From: a virus
Taxonomy: Duplodnaviria > Caudoviricetes
Direction: 5' to 3' (one strand)
Length of the DNA: 54,082 nt
IMG/VR virus record: IMGVR_UViG_3300021962_000143
Span: 1-54,082 of that record
Shown: in pieces, positions 46,701-54,082 of the stretch
Layout of the letters: each line of letters starts with the position of its first letter
Position numbering within the stretch: position 1 is the first letter of the stretch
Made by a program: the position numbers and the translations under genes
The notes under the pieces: model-generated
Seen by the model: the letters and a program-made list of their open reading frames with translations, nothing else
Told to the model about the DNA's origin: nothing
Database searches by the model: none

Positions 46701-47342
46701 TTATTTAACCTTCTTTAAGGCTTTGTATTGCTTGGTGCTTTTAACCTTGCGCCTAGTGTCTTTATCTTCTAAAGACATTTGGAAACGCCAAGAGTTAATT
46801 TCTAAGTGTGTTTTTATTCTATGACAACTAGAACAACGAACAACACACTTCTTTATCTCTTTCTTTAGCGCGTCAATAGTCGCATTGTTATTTAATGCAG
46901 TACCTATGTCAAACTTCTTGCTATGAACATGGTCAAACTCTAGTGCTAAGACATTTGCTTCACCACAATCTATGCAAGGGTTCTTCTTTAGGTACTCAAA
47001 CACCAACTTTCTTGCAGATAGATTTCTAACTGCATGATTGTTCTTTTGGCGTTTAGATACACATGGCTTGCACTTACCTTCCCAACCTTCTTTACCATTG
47101 GCTTGCACCTTTGGTTGAAAAGCAGATAGGGGCTTGGCTTTACCGCAACCATTACAAGGTCTTTTGCCTTGTGTTAGTAACGCTTTGCGCTTTGCCGTTC
47201 GTGCAACAGACCCTTTACGCAAGATTGCTTGGCACTTCTTACACCTTGCTCTCTTGCCGTATTGACCCTGTGTGTGCTTGTTAAACTGCGATAGCGGTAG
47301 GTCGTAGAAACAACCGATACAGGTTTTACTTCGTTGTGCTAT
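46701..47342 (-). CDS. HNH endonuclease with two N-terminal zinc ribbons; probable ATA start (TTG 47222 in track)
   Basis: PCIDCGE..ALEFDH, CVVRCSSCH..KT; upstream in-frame KTCIGC..RCKKC and PCNGC..CKPC. Confidence 0.75.
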   Translation of the reverse strand: MAQRSKTCIGCFYDLPLSQFNKHTQGQYGKRARCKKCQAILRKGSVARTAKRKALLTQGKRPCNGCGKAKPLSAFQPKVQANGKEGWEGKCKPCVSKRQKNNHAVRNLSARKLVFEYLKKNPCIDCGEANVLALEFDHVHSKKFDIGTALNNNATIDALKKEIKKCVVRCSSCHRIKTHLEINSWRFQMSLEDKDTRRKVKSTKQYKALKKVK

Positions 47343-47517
47343 TTGTTTTGTCCCTTCGGGCTTGACTTGTTAAGTGCCACTTACCGCAGATTTCGCATTT
47401 GTAAGTAGCACAAGGTTTCTTTCTATTGTTATTTAGCCAATGATTTTTCCAAATTAAACTCATGGCTTTTTCTGCTTTGTACCTAGTTGGGTACGCAGTT
47501 TTTTCTTCGCACCTCAT
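47326..47517 (-). CDS. Small zinc-binding protein
   Basis: C..K.AY...YKCEICGKWHLTS; ATG 47517 coupled to the upstream stop. Confidence 0.75.
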   Translation of the reverse strand: MRCEEKTAYPTRYKAEKAMSLIWKNHWLNNNRKKPCATYKCEICGKWHLTSQARRDKTNSTTK

Positions 47518-47678
47518 CAGCCTATTTCTCTCTGCACACAGTTGTAACAGAACCACATTACAACTTCTTTATTACTTGTAATGTCTTTGCCATTTGCTCG
47601 GACACCTTGTTGATTGCAACTATCGCAGACCCATAGTTCATCTGCGCTAGTTAGTCGGCGTACTTCTACATACCCCAT
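47517..47678 (-). CDS. 53 aa zinc-finger protein (not in track)
   Basis: MGYVEVRRLTSADELWVCDSC...MWFCYNCVQREIG; coupled at both ends. Confidence 0.75.
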   Translation of the reverse strand: MGYVEVRRLTSADELWVCDSCNQQGVRANGKDITSNKEVVMWFCYNCVQREIG

Positions 47679-47863
47679 TAGTAACCCCCTAAACATTCTT
47701 CGCTTCGTGTGTGATACAACCTAATCTTTGCCATGAGGTCTAGCGTAGGAGAATTGAGTATGGTCTTACACGCACCACACTCTGTTACATACTCCTGCGC
47801 TTCTTCGTGCCATTGAATAGGACTTCTTTCAGGCTTCTTAAATCTTTTGACTTCTTTAGCCAT
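47678..47863 (-). CDS. Small zinc-finger protein
   Basis: CGAC...H....C; SD GGAG. Confidence 0.65.
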   Translation of the reverse strand: MAKEVKRFKKPERSPIQWHEEAQEYVTECGACKTILNSPTLDLMAKIRLYHTRSEECLGGY

Positions 47864-48014
47864 TCTTCTTTCTCCGTTCATCTCTTAGTGCTACTTGCAA
47901 GATACGGATTTTCTTTTGGAGATGAATGTTCTCTCTCCAAAATAATCCCATTACTGCAAGAGAACCTGCTAGTGCTATTACTATTCCAATTAGTGTTCCT
48001 GTGTCTAAATACAT
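47856..48014 (-). CDS. Small membrane protein with coiled-coil tail
   Basis: MYLDTGTLIGIVIALAGSLAVMGLFW; SD AAAGGGA. Confidence 0.7.
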   Translation of the reverse strand: MYLDTGTLIGIVIALAGSLAVMGLFWRENIHLQKKIRILQVALRDERRKKNG

Positions 48015-48018
48015 TTCT

Positions 48019-48207
48019 TTATTCCCTTTCTGTAACTTCGGATACAACCTTTAACACATAGTTCTTGTCGTTAAGGTCTAGGTCATTTATTTGGTCTTGC
48101 GCTTTACCAACAATGACTTCCCATAAGTTGTTAGCCGTATGTTCATCATTGTTAAGTGTTACTGCAATAGCAGTTGTTAGTTCTACTTTGTACGATTTAA
48201 TTGCCAT
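48019..48207 (-). CDS. Hypothetical protein
   Basis: Fits gene packing; SD GGAGGGG. Confidence 0.6.
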   Translation of the reverse strand: MAIKSYKVELTTAIAVTLNNDEHTANNLWEVIVGKAQDQINDLDLNDKNYVLKVVSEVTERE

Positions 48208-48213
48208 TCTTCT

Positions 48214-48456
48214 TTACCCCTCCCATAGTTCATCATCATCATAAAGAAAACCACTTTCAACTTCAATGCACCTTTCGCACCAAGCCTTAGTTTTGTATTT
48301 TCTTTTGTCTTTTGCTATCCAAGCAGAGCCACTTCGTATGAACCAACTCCATTCGTTCTTGTCTATCTTCTTTATCTGAAATAAATCATCTTTAGTTTGA
48401 TAGACACCGCTAGATACTTGATACATCTTCAAGGGTTTTGTTGGTTTCACTTGCAT
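48214..48456 (-). CDS. Hypothetical protein ending DDDELWEG
   Basis: SD AAGGAG before ATG 48456. Confidence 0.65.
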   Translation of the reverse strand: MQVKPTKPLKMYQVSSGVYQTKDDLFQIKKIDKNEWSWFIRSGSAWIAKDKRKYKTKAWCERCIEVESGFLYDDDELWEG

Positions 48457-49048
48457 TTGTTTCTCCTTCCCATAAAGAAAGTTCTTCTTCATCATCATTT
48501 GCTAGACATTCTTCGCAAAGGTTTGGTGTGTTATCTCCGTAGCACTCTAATAGGTCGTAACAATTACCGCAGTAATGGTGACCACCCATTAAGTATTCAA
48601 GTCTTTCACAACCTGCACTACTTACATCTCCACCCTCCTCGCTTGTTACTTCTCCCTTTCTGTATTCAATCTCGCCCCAGTAATCACTACCAGTTTCGTA
48701 AAAGGTATAAGTAAAAGAAAGTTTCTCAAACTCTTTTGCAAGAGCCTCAACAACAGGAACGATAGGTGACCAAGCACTCTCAAAGTAATAAGAAACTTCT
48801 TTAGCCTCTACATCACCTACAAAGCGCACATCATTTAAGTCCCACTTGCTACCCCAGTTTTCAACATTCCAGTTGTACCAATCATCTTCTTTATCAAGTG
48901 GTCTTGGTATAACTCTGTGACAAGAAAACAAAGACTCATAGTGAGTATCTGTTGCTTCTGATTTAGTAATCTGAACCTTTTTAATAAGTTTAGTAAGTTC
49001 TTTTGGATTACCTTTTATTGTTAGTTCATTACTGCACCAATTCGGCAT
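48410..49048 (-). CDS. DUF1281/YubB-like ferredoxin-fold protein
   Basis: MPNWCSN.L.I.G, DWYNWN.ENWGSKWD, FESAWSP. Confidence 0.8.
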   Translation of the reverse strand: MPNWCSNELTIKGNPKELTKLIKKVQITKSEATDTHYESLFSCHRVIPRPLDKEDDWYNWNVENWGSKWDLNDVRFVGDVEAKEVSYYFESAWSPIVPVVEALAKEFEKLSFTYTFYETGSDYWGEIEYRKGEVTSEEGGDVSSAGCERLEYLMGGHHYCGNCYDLLECYGDNTPNLCEECLANDDEEELSLWEGETNASETNKTLEDVSSI

Positions 49049-49703
49049 TTCCCTCTCCTGTCTTTCGGTGTGTTAGTTTTCTGTATGACCTTGATTTTCC
49101 ATTTGTTGTTGTGTATCCGTAACGCACTAGACGAAACGCCAGCGCACTATGAGTAACACCAAGTTCTTTTGCTATGCGATAACCCGATACGCCACTCTCC
49201 ATTAGTTCATAGATAAGTCGTGTATAAAGTTCTGCTTCTTCACGATTTTTCTTTGTCTTGCCACGAATACCCATAGCCTTTGGTTGAAGTTCTTTTAGTT
49301 GCGCCAAGATTTGTGGGTCAGGTACAACACGCTTGACTCTTTCAACAAAAACTTCTACAACAGGCACTTCAACAATAGGTAAGTGACTAATCTTTGCTAA
49401 CACTTCTCCGCTATGTTCAGCAAGTGTATAAAGACGAATGGACTCTCTTGTTATGTTTAGCGGTGTTGCTAGTGATTGAAGTGTCCAACCAGCATTACGC
49501 AACTGCGTTGCATACGCCTTGCGTTCGGCTAGTGGCAAGCCAATAAGAATGTCTGAAACTTCTTTTGGCAAAGTTAAATCTGATTTAGGTCGTCTAGTAC
49601 CCACCAAGATTTTTTCTTTATCTTGCTTTACTCCTTTAGTGCGCTTCACAGGTTTTGTCCCCTCGGCATTAAAGTTTGATTGGTGTGAATTGTTTGTTTC
49701 CAA
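49029..49703 (-). CDS. Tandem-HTH DNA-binding protein (candidate regulator)
   Basis: GWTLQSLATPLNITRESIRLY and GVSGYRIAKELGVTHSAL..RL; SD AAGGAG. Confidence 0.75.
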   Translation of the reverse strand: METNNSHQSNFNAEGTKPVKRTKGVKQDKEKILVGTRRPKSDLTLPKEVSDILIGLPLAERKAYATQLRNAGWTLQSLATPLNITRESIRLYTLAEHSGEVLAKISHLPIVEVPVVEVFVERVKRVVPDPQILAQLKELQPKAMGIRGKTKKNREEAELYTRLIYELMESGVSGYRIAKELGVTHSALAFRLVRYGYTTTNGKSRSYRKLTHRKTGEGNAELVQ

Positions 49704-50118
49704 TTTTTACTCCTTCGTTAATCATAGTTGTTAGTTCTTGTTGTAGTTCTACTACTTCTTTTGCAAACGCTTCTCTTGCGTAGTTGTGATAGTGGTCAGG
49801 GATTTGGTCAATTACTTTTTGGTCTAAGTTATAGACCATTTCTGTTCTGTATCGCAAACCTTTATCTTTTCTGAACCCACGCACCTCTAGTGAGTTAAGA
49901 CTTACTGTTGGTTCATTTGTGCGGTGAGATTGGTAAGTAAGTTCTTCTAGTCTTACTTTCTTAAATACACCTGTGCCTTGATAACTTCCATTTGTCCATT
50001 CGCGTTCTTCAATGTCAATAAGTATCTGCTCACTATCTTTGAGAGTTACTCTGCAATAGAAAGAAAGATTGCCATTTGCATTTACTTTTGTTTCTGTCTG
50101 TGTTGTTACTGTTGCCAC
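49669..50118 (-). CDS. Hypothetical protein
   Basis: SD TAAGGAG; GTG start. Confidence 0.65.
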   Translation of the reverse strand: MATVTTQTETKVNANGNLSFYCRVTLKDSEQILIDIEEREWTNGSYQGTGVFKKVRLEELTYQSHRTNEPTVSLNSLEVRGFRKDKGLRYRTEMVYNLDQKVIDQIPDHYHNYAREAFAKEVVELQQELTTMINEGVKIGNKQFTPIKL

Positions 50119-50123
50119 TTGTA

Positions 50124-50450
50124 TTACTCCTTATCCCATAGTTCTGTATCTTCTTTTGCTTCTTCTATCTTGTGGTGTAGTGCTTCCCACTTACTTCTTG
50201 TTTCATCTCGTAGTTCATCTGCGAACCTGTCCCATACATAGTCTGAGTTATCTACGCTTTTCATTACATCTTCAAGAAAGTCGTTGCTAATTTCTTTTGG
50301 CTTAATTTCAATTAGGTTTCCGTCTTCATCTTCGTACTCTGAGTCTGTAAGTATCTGTGCTAATTCTTCTTTATCAACCCAGATTGCCCAGATTTTATCG
50401 TCTTGATTAAGTGCAGAAAGAATGTCTATAACTTCTTTAACTGTTCTCAT
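50124..50450 (-). CDS. Acidic paralog 3 of tandem family (ends ELWDKE)
   Basis: TVKEVI..L...D.I..IW.DKE N-terminus shared with neighbours. Confidence 0.7.
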   Translation of the reverse strand: MRTVKEVIDILSALNQDDKIWAIWVDKEELAQILTDSEYEDEDGNLIEIKPKEISNDFLEDVMKSVDNSDYVWDRFADELRDETRSKWEALHHKIEEAKEDTELWDKE

Positions 50451-50453
50451 TTG

Positions 50454-50765
50454 TTACTCCTTATCCCATAGTTGATTGTCTGTGATACCTGCTTCGTAAT
50501 CTGCCATGAAGTCTGCAATAAACTTTTCTGTTTTTACATCTTCACTTTGCATTTTGTTTTCTAATACGCCACGAATACTTGCACCTAACATTTGGTCGTG
50601 CATTTGCACACTAAAGTTTTCGGCAACATAGTCCCATTCGCTTTGTGTTAGTAATCGTGCTTCTGTATCCAACGCCTTGAAACATTCTTTATCCCATAGC
50701 GCAACGATTACTTGGTCTGTATCTGAATACTTCTTTAGCATTTCTTTTAACTCTGATACTTTCAT
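50454..50765 (-). CDS. Acidic paralog 2 of tandem family (ends QLWDKE)
   Basis: KVSELK..L..Y...D.VIV..WDKE. Confidence 0.7.
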   Translation of the reverse strand: MKVSELKEMLKKYSDTDQVIVALWDKECFKALDTEARLLTQSEWDYVAENFSVQMHDQMLGASIRGVLENKMQSEDVKTEKFIADFMADYEAGITDNQLWDKE

Positions 50766-51094
50766 TTTGTTATCTCCTTATCCCATAGTTCTGTTTCATC
50801 ATTAAGTTCTTCTAAAGATAAGTCTTGTGAGTATGCCAACAAACTTTCCTTTAGTGAAGTGATTATTGCTTCACCAACATCAGGGGTTTCGTAAGTATCA
50901 TCAGTTACATACTCCCAAGCGTTATCAAACATCTTTTGAGTTTCTTCATCAGTTAAGTTGTGTAACTCTTGAAAGCCATTGAGTTCGTCTATGACCCACT
51001 CCTTGCATAGTTCTTTAGACCAATAGATAACCAGTAAGTGTTCTTTAAGGTCATACCCTGATAACTCTTTGATTATCTTTTCTACTGTTGCCAT
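50762..51094 (-). CDS. Acidic paralog 1 of tandem family (ends ELWDKEITK)
   Basis: TVEKII..L..Y....HLLVIYWSKE. Confidence 0.7.
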   Translation of the reverse strand: MATVEKIIKELSGYDLKEHLLVIYWSKELCKEWVIDELNGFQELHNLTDEETQKMFDNAWEYVTDDTYETPDVGEAIITSLKESLLAYSQDLSLEELNDETELWDKEITK

Positions 51095-51108
51095 TTGTTA
51101 TTCCTTTC

Positions 51109-51816
51109 TTAGTGATACTTCTTGGCACAGATAGCACCCATGCCACCTGCAACACTCTTTAGAAGTGTTAGCGTGCGACCACAATGCACACAGATACCAA
51201 CTTGTGCAGAATACTTAATTGCTAGTTCTAGTGTTAAGCGATTTGTTGTATCTAACTTATAGATAACATCAAACTCTTTATCGTTGCGTACATACTTCTT
51301 AGCAACATCTGAATAAGTCCAAACACTCCAACGCTTTGTTTCAGAGTTCTGTCGGATTGAATAGATAACTCCGTCTAAAAGATACGCACCAACTTCTGTA
51401 ATCTTGATTGGCGGTGTAATTTCTTTTGCAACCTTTAGTGTGTTGATAATTGCAGACACATCTTTGCGGTCTAGTTCTTCTAAAGAAGATACTTTGCGAT
51501 TGTGCAGATAGTGATTGAGAGTATCTAATCCACCCTCTTTCTTTTTGATTAGTGCATTAGCAAAAGAGATTTGCTTTTCGCTAGGTGCGATAACAACACC
51601 TGCTTTGTTAGGTAGTGCAAGTAACTTTGTGATTAGTTCTCCAGCACCTTGAACATTTAAGGTAGCGACATCAACATCAGTAAAAGAATGTTCTTTTGTT
51701 TCTAGTAATGTCTTTATGAATAGTTGTTGCTTGTCACTTGCATAGCGCACTTGGTACTCACCATAACCATTTGCACCTCTTGAACCACCTGTGCGGTGTG
51801 CAGATAGTGTTGTCAT
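51109..51816 (-). CDS. DUF6011-like zinc-ribbon protein with two ASxKQ repeats
   Basis: ASDKQ / PSEKQ helical repeats; CVHCGRTLT..SV..GMG.IC. Confidence 0.75.
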   Translation of the reverse strand: MTTLSAHRTGGSRGANGYGEYQVRYASDKQQLFIKTLLETKEHSFTDVDVATLNVQGAGELITKLLALPNKAGVVIAPSEKQISFANALIKKKEGGLDTLNHYLHNRKVSSLEELDRKDVSAIINTLKVAKEITPPIKITEVGAYLLDGVIYSIRQNSETKRWSVWTYSDVAKKYVRNDKEFDVIYKLDTTNRLTLELAIKYSAQVGICVHCGRTLTLLKSVAGGMGAICAKKYH

Positions 51817-52188
51817 TTAGTTGTTCTCCGTTTCTGTATTTGTCCCCTCGGACACTTGTTGTGCTTGTAACCAAGCGAGTTGTATTTGTTTCTTAATTAG
51901 TCTTGCTTCTTTAGCCGTTACTTGCTCACACTTAACTACTTCGTACAGTTCTCCGTTTCTATTCCATGTCTTGCAATACTTCTTCGCATTGTGTTCTGTT
52001 GCAGACCATGAGGAATAGATACTTCCCCATTGAGAATAATCTTTTGCAATTACACAATAAGAATAATCTTTATCTGCACTACCTCTTACTGCTTTGTATC
52101 CCTTGCTATTGGTAGCAACAAAATACTTTCGTGGATTTCGTGTGTAACCTTTTACACTTAATAGTTCTTGTCCCATGTCATTCTCCAT
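51817..52188 (-). CDS. Hypothetical protein
   Basis: ORF abuts the next gene; alternative start 52176. Confidence 0.6.
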   Translation of the reverse strand: MENDMGQELLSVKGYTRNPRKYFVATNSKGYKAVRGSADKDYSYCVIAKDYSQWGSIYSSWSATEHNAKKYCKTWNRNGELYEVVKCEQVTAKEARLIKKQIQLAWLQAQQVSEGTNTETENN

Positions 52189-52321
52189 TCTTTATTCGTG
52201 ATTGTAATTTGCTTACTTCATGTGCAGACTCTCGGTTACCTTTAGCGTTTAGATACTCTTTCTCCTTACCTAACGCTTCAAGTATTACTGCAACCTCTGT
52301 GTTAGTTAGTTCCAGTTTCAT
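52178..52321 (-). CDS. 47 aa hypothetical protein (not in track)
   Basis: TAATG-coupled MKLELTNTEVAVILEALGKEKEYL...KNGE. Confidence 0.6.
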   Translation of the reverse strand: MKLELTNTEVAVILEALGKEKEYLNAKGNRESAHEVSKLQSRIKNGE

Positions 52322-52905
52322 TAGTAGTTATCCTTTCCAGCAAACGCCATTTCAACTAGCAACTCAAACTCTCTGAGAGATAGATTGACACTTGCTTTGT
52401 AATCTAATCCGTAACCATTAGAAGTTACTTCAACAGTTGTTTGTTCGCCTAATAGTTCTTTAGAAGTAGCAATAACAGAATTGCGTGAGCGTTCTACTTC
52501 TTCTTCAACTTTCTTGCGTAGTTCTCGTTCTTTGCGTTGCGCTTCTTCTCTCGCTAGTCGCTCTGCTTCTTCTTTAGACTTCAATGAGTTCCACTTAGGT
52601 TCAAGAACAGACCACTCTGCAACAACATCTGCAAGTCGTGAAGTCCAGTAAAACTCTGCGCCACTATTGTCTATTGCTTTAACCAAGATACCGACAGAAC
52701 GATTACCTGCTTCTGCTTTTCTAAAAGAAGTTGGATTGTCTTTACGATTGCTTGGCTCGTATTCATACTTTTCAAGAGAGATAACTGTTGCTTTAACAAC
52801 ATCATTCTCACGCACCTTGTCAATTTCACGACTTGATTTTGAGTTGTATGTCCATGACGGAACGATTGCGTACTCACCATTTAATTTGATTTCAGATAGT
52901 TTCAT
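52321..52905 (-). CDS. Hypothetical protein with coiled coil
   Basis: SD GGAG; 194 aa. Confidence 0.7.
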   Translation of the reverse strand: MKLSEIKLNGEYAIVPSWTYNSKSSREIDKVRENDVVKATVISLEKYEYEPSNRKDNPTSFRKAEAGNRSVGILVKAIDNSGAEFYWTSRLADVVAEWSVLEPKWNSLKSKEEAERLAREEAQRKERELRKKVEEEVERSRNSVIATSKELLGEQTTVEVTSNGYGLDYKASVNLSLREFELLVEMAFAGKDNY

Positions 52906-52935
52906 TTATGTATTACTCCGTTTCGTGTTTTGTTA

Positions 52936-52964
52936 TTGGGGGCAACCGATTTGATTGCCCCCAT
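52936..52964 (-). terminator. Stem-loop after the vWA gene
   Basis: tgggggcaa.c...g.ttgccccca; weak U-tract. Confidence 0.5.
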
Positions 52965-52968
52965 GTCA

Positions 52969-54081
52969 TTACGCATTAACTAGATTGCGTGTGATTGCAA
53001 GTCGCACTAAGTCTTTTCCTAGTGTGAGAATGTCTTTTGCAGATTGCATTGAAGTCATTAACTCAAACCCATGTCGGTAATTGTTAAGTTCTTCTTCGGT
53101 GTGTGAATAGCCTGTGATAAGTGCTTGGCAAGTAAGAACACCTGCGTTCTTCATTTCAACAACTGCTTTTTCTCCGTCAGTTGTATTCCATGCGCCGTCA
53201 GTAATCATAAACAGAACCTTGATTGCTTTATCACTCTCTGCAAGAACACGCTTTGCATAAAGTAATCCGCTTTCAGGATTAGTTCCGCCGTCTGCACCTG
53301 AGTCACGAATTGTTGTACCTGCTTTTTCATCTGCACCATAAAGAAGATTGGTGCGAGTATCAAAAGTAACAACAGTTGTTCGCGCTTCTACACGCTCTAG
53401 TGCTTTTTTGATTGCCCACATTGACTTGTATGCGTTGTCTGCATTACGACCACTCATTGACCCACTTCGGTCTAAAAGAATAACCGCTTCAATACTTACA
53501 ACATCATCACGACCCTCAGACCATTCATCAAACACAGTATCTAATTCGTCACCGCGTAAGTAACGACCTGCATTTAATTTTCCTGAACGCTCACCAACTA
53601 ACCAAGCAGGGTCAAACTCTGCTTGTAAGCGTTCTAGTTCAAGTCCAAACTTCTTTGCAAGTAAAGAAAGTTCTTCGGGGATACGCACTTCGTTGTAGTT
53701 AGCCTTGATAGGTGTTTCTGCATTTCCGCCGTCAAGGTATGACTCAATACCTAGTTGCTTTGCTATGTCGTTAATGTCTTTGCTAACTTCTTTAACAACA
53801 TCAGAAAGAATGTCATGCAATAAATCAGTTACCTGTTGATTGTTACCAGTTGTACCTGCTTGATTACCTGCACTCTTACTTTGTGACGGATTGCTTGGTG
53901 ACTCAACATCATCATTGAAATCGTAATCATCAAACTCAAAATCAAAATCATCTTCATCAAAAGAATTATCTTTTGCATTTGATTGTGATTGTGATTGTGA
54001 TTGTGATTGTGATTGTGATTGTGATTGTGATTGTGATTGTGATTGTGATTGTGATTGTGAGTTGCTATCAGAGTTTGTCCC
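52969..54081 (-). CDS. vWA (CobT-like) domain protein, 5' partial, with acidic and (SQ)n linker
   Basis: MIDAS LLDRSGSM, GGTNP, MITDG; RSGKLN; frame open to the window end. Confidence 0.88.
   Translation of the reverse strand, partial: GTNSDSNSQSQSQSQSQSQSQSQSQSQSQSQSQSNAKDNSFDEDDFDFEFDDYDFNDDVESPSNPSQSKSAGNQAGTTGNNQQVTDLLHDILSDVVKEVSKDINDIAKQLGIESYLDGGNAETPIKANYNEVRIPEELSLLAKKFGLELERLQAEFDPAWLVGERSGKLNAGRYLRGDELDTVFDEWSEGRDDVVSIEAVILLDRSGSMSGRNADNAYKSMWAIKKALERVEARTTVVTFDTRTNLLYGADEKAGTTIRDSGADGGTNPESGLLYAKRVLAESDKAIKVLFMITDGAWNTTDGEKAVVEMKNAGVLTCQALITGYSHTEEELNNYRHGFELMTSMQSAKDILTLGKDLVRLAITRNLVNA
53980..54060 (-). repeat. Microsatellite (TCACAA)13.5 encoding (SQ)n
   Basis: Perfect hexamer tandem repeat. 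Confidence 0.97.
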
Positions 54082-54082
54082 C

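Larger units (their letters stand above)
45921..54082 (-). repeat. Dispersed polar motif CCGAGGGGACAAA and variants, six copies
   Basis: Plus-strand copies at 45921, 45935, 47347, 49654, 51839 and 54074 (truncated). Confidence 0.75.

Overview
This 54 kb window is part of a contractile-tailed (myovirus-type) dsDNA phage genome. The host is most likely an actinobacterium: the phage carries whiB and several apparently leaderless TANNNT promoters. The plus arm (1-43975) holds the tail/baseplate module, a lambda-like replication module (HTH initiator with internal iterons, DnaC-like loader, DnaB, DnaG, SNF2 helicase, SSB, PolA), recombination genes (RecA, two resolvases, Cas4-like exonuclease, UvsY-like), WhiB, dNMP kinase and SpoVS. 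It continues with a block of small basic low-complexity ORFs, a nucleotidyltransferase / degenerate HAD / degenerate TGT-barrel trio, and a class II RNR. After a bidirectional terminator, the minus arm (44014-54082) holds a DUF4258-like gene, a lytic transglycosylase, a tyrosine recombinase, an HNH nuclease, many small early-type genes and a partial vWA gene. The most notable signals are: a polar repeat CCGAGGGGACAAA seen only on the minus arm; GCTTTTGCTA repeats in and downstream of the recombinase; the NTase-HAD-TGT trio with TCTGATAACAGT boxes; ori iterons; a probable +1 frameshift in the tail chaperone; one beta-barrel module inserted four times in tail proteins; and a shared ELWDKE C-terminus. 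No tRNA, rRNA or CRISPR array was seen. All family calls come from motifs recognised by eye, not from database searches.
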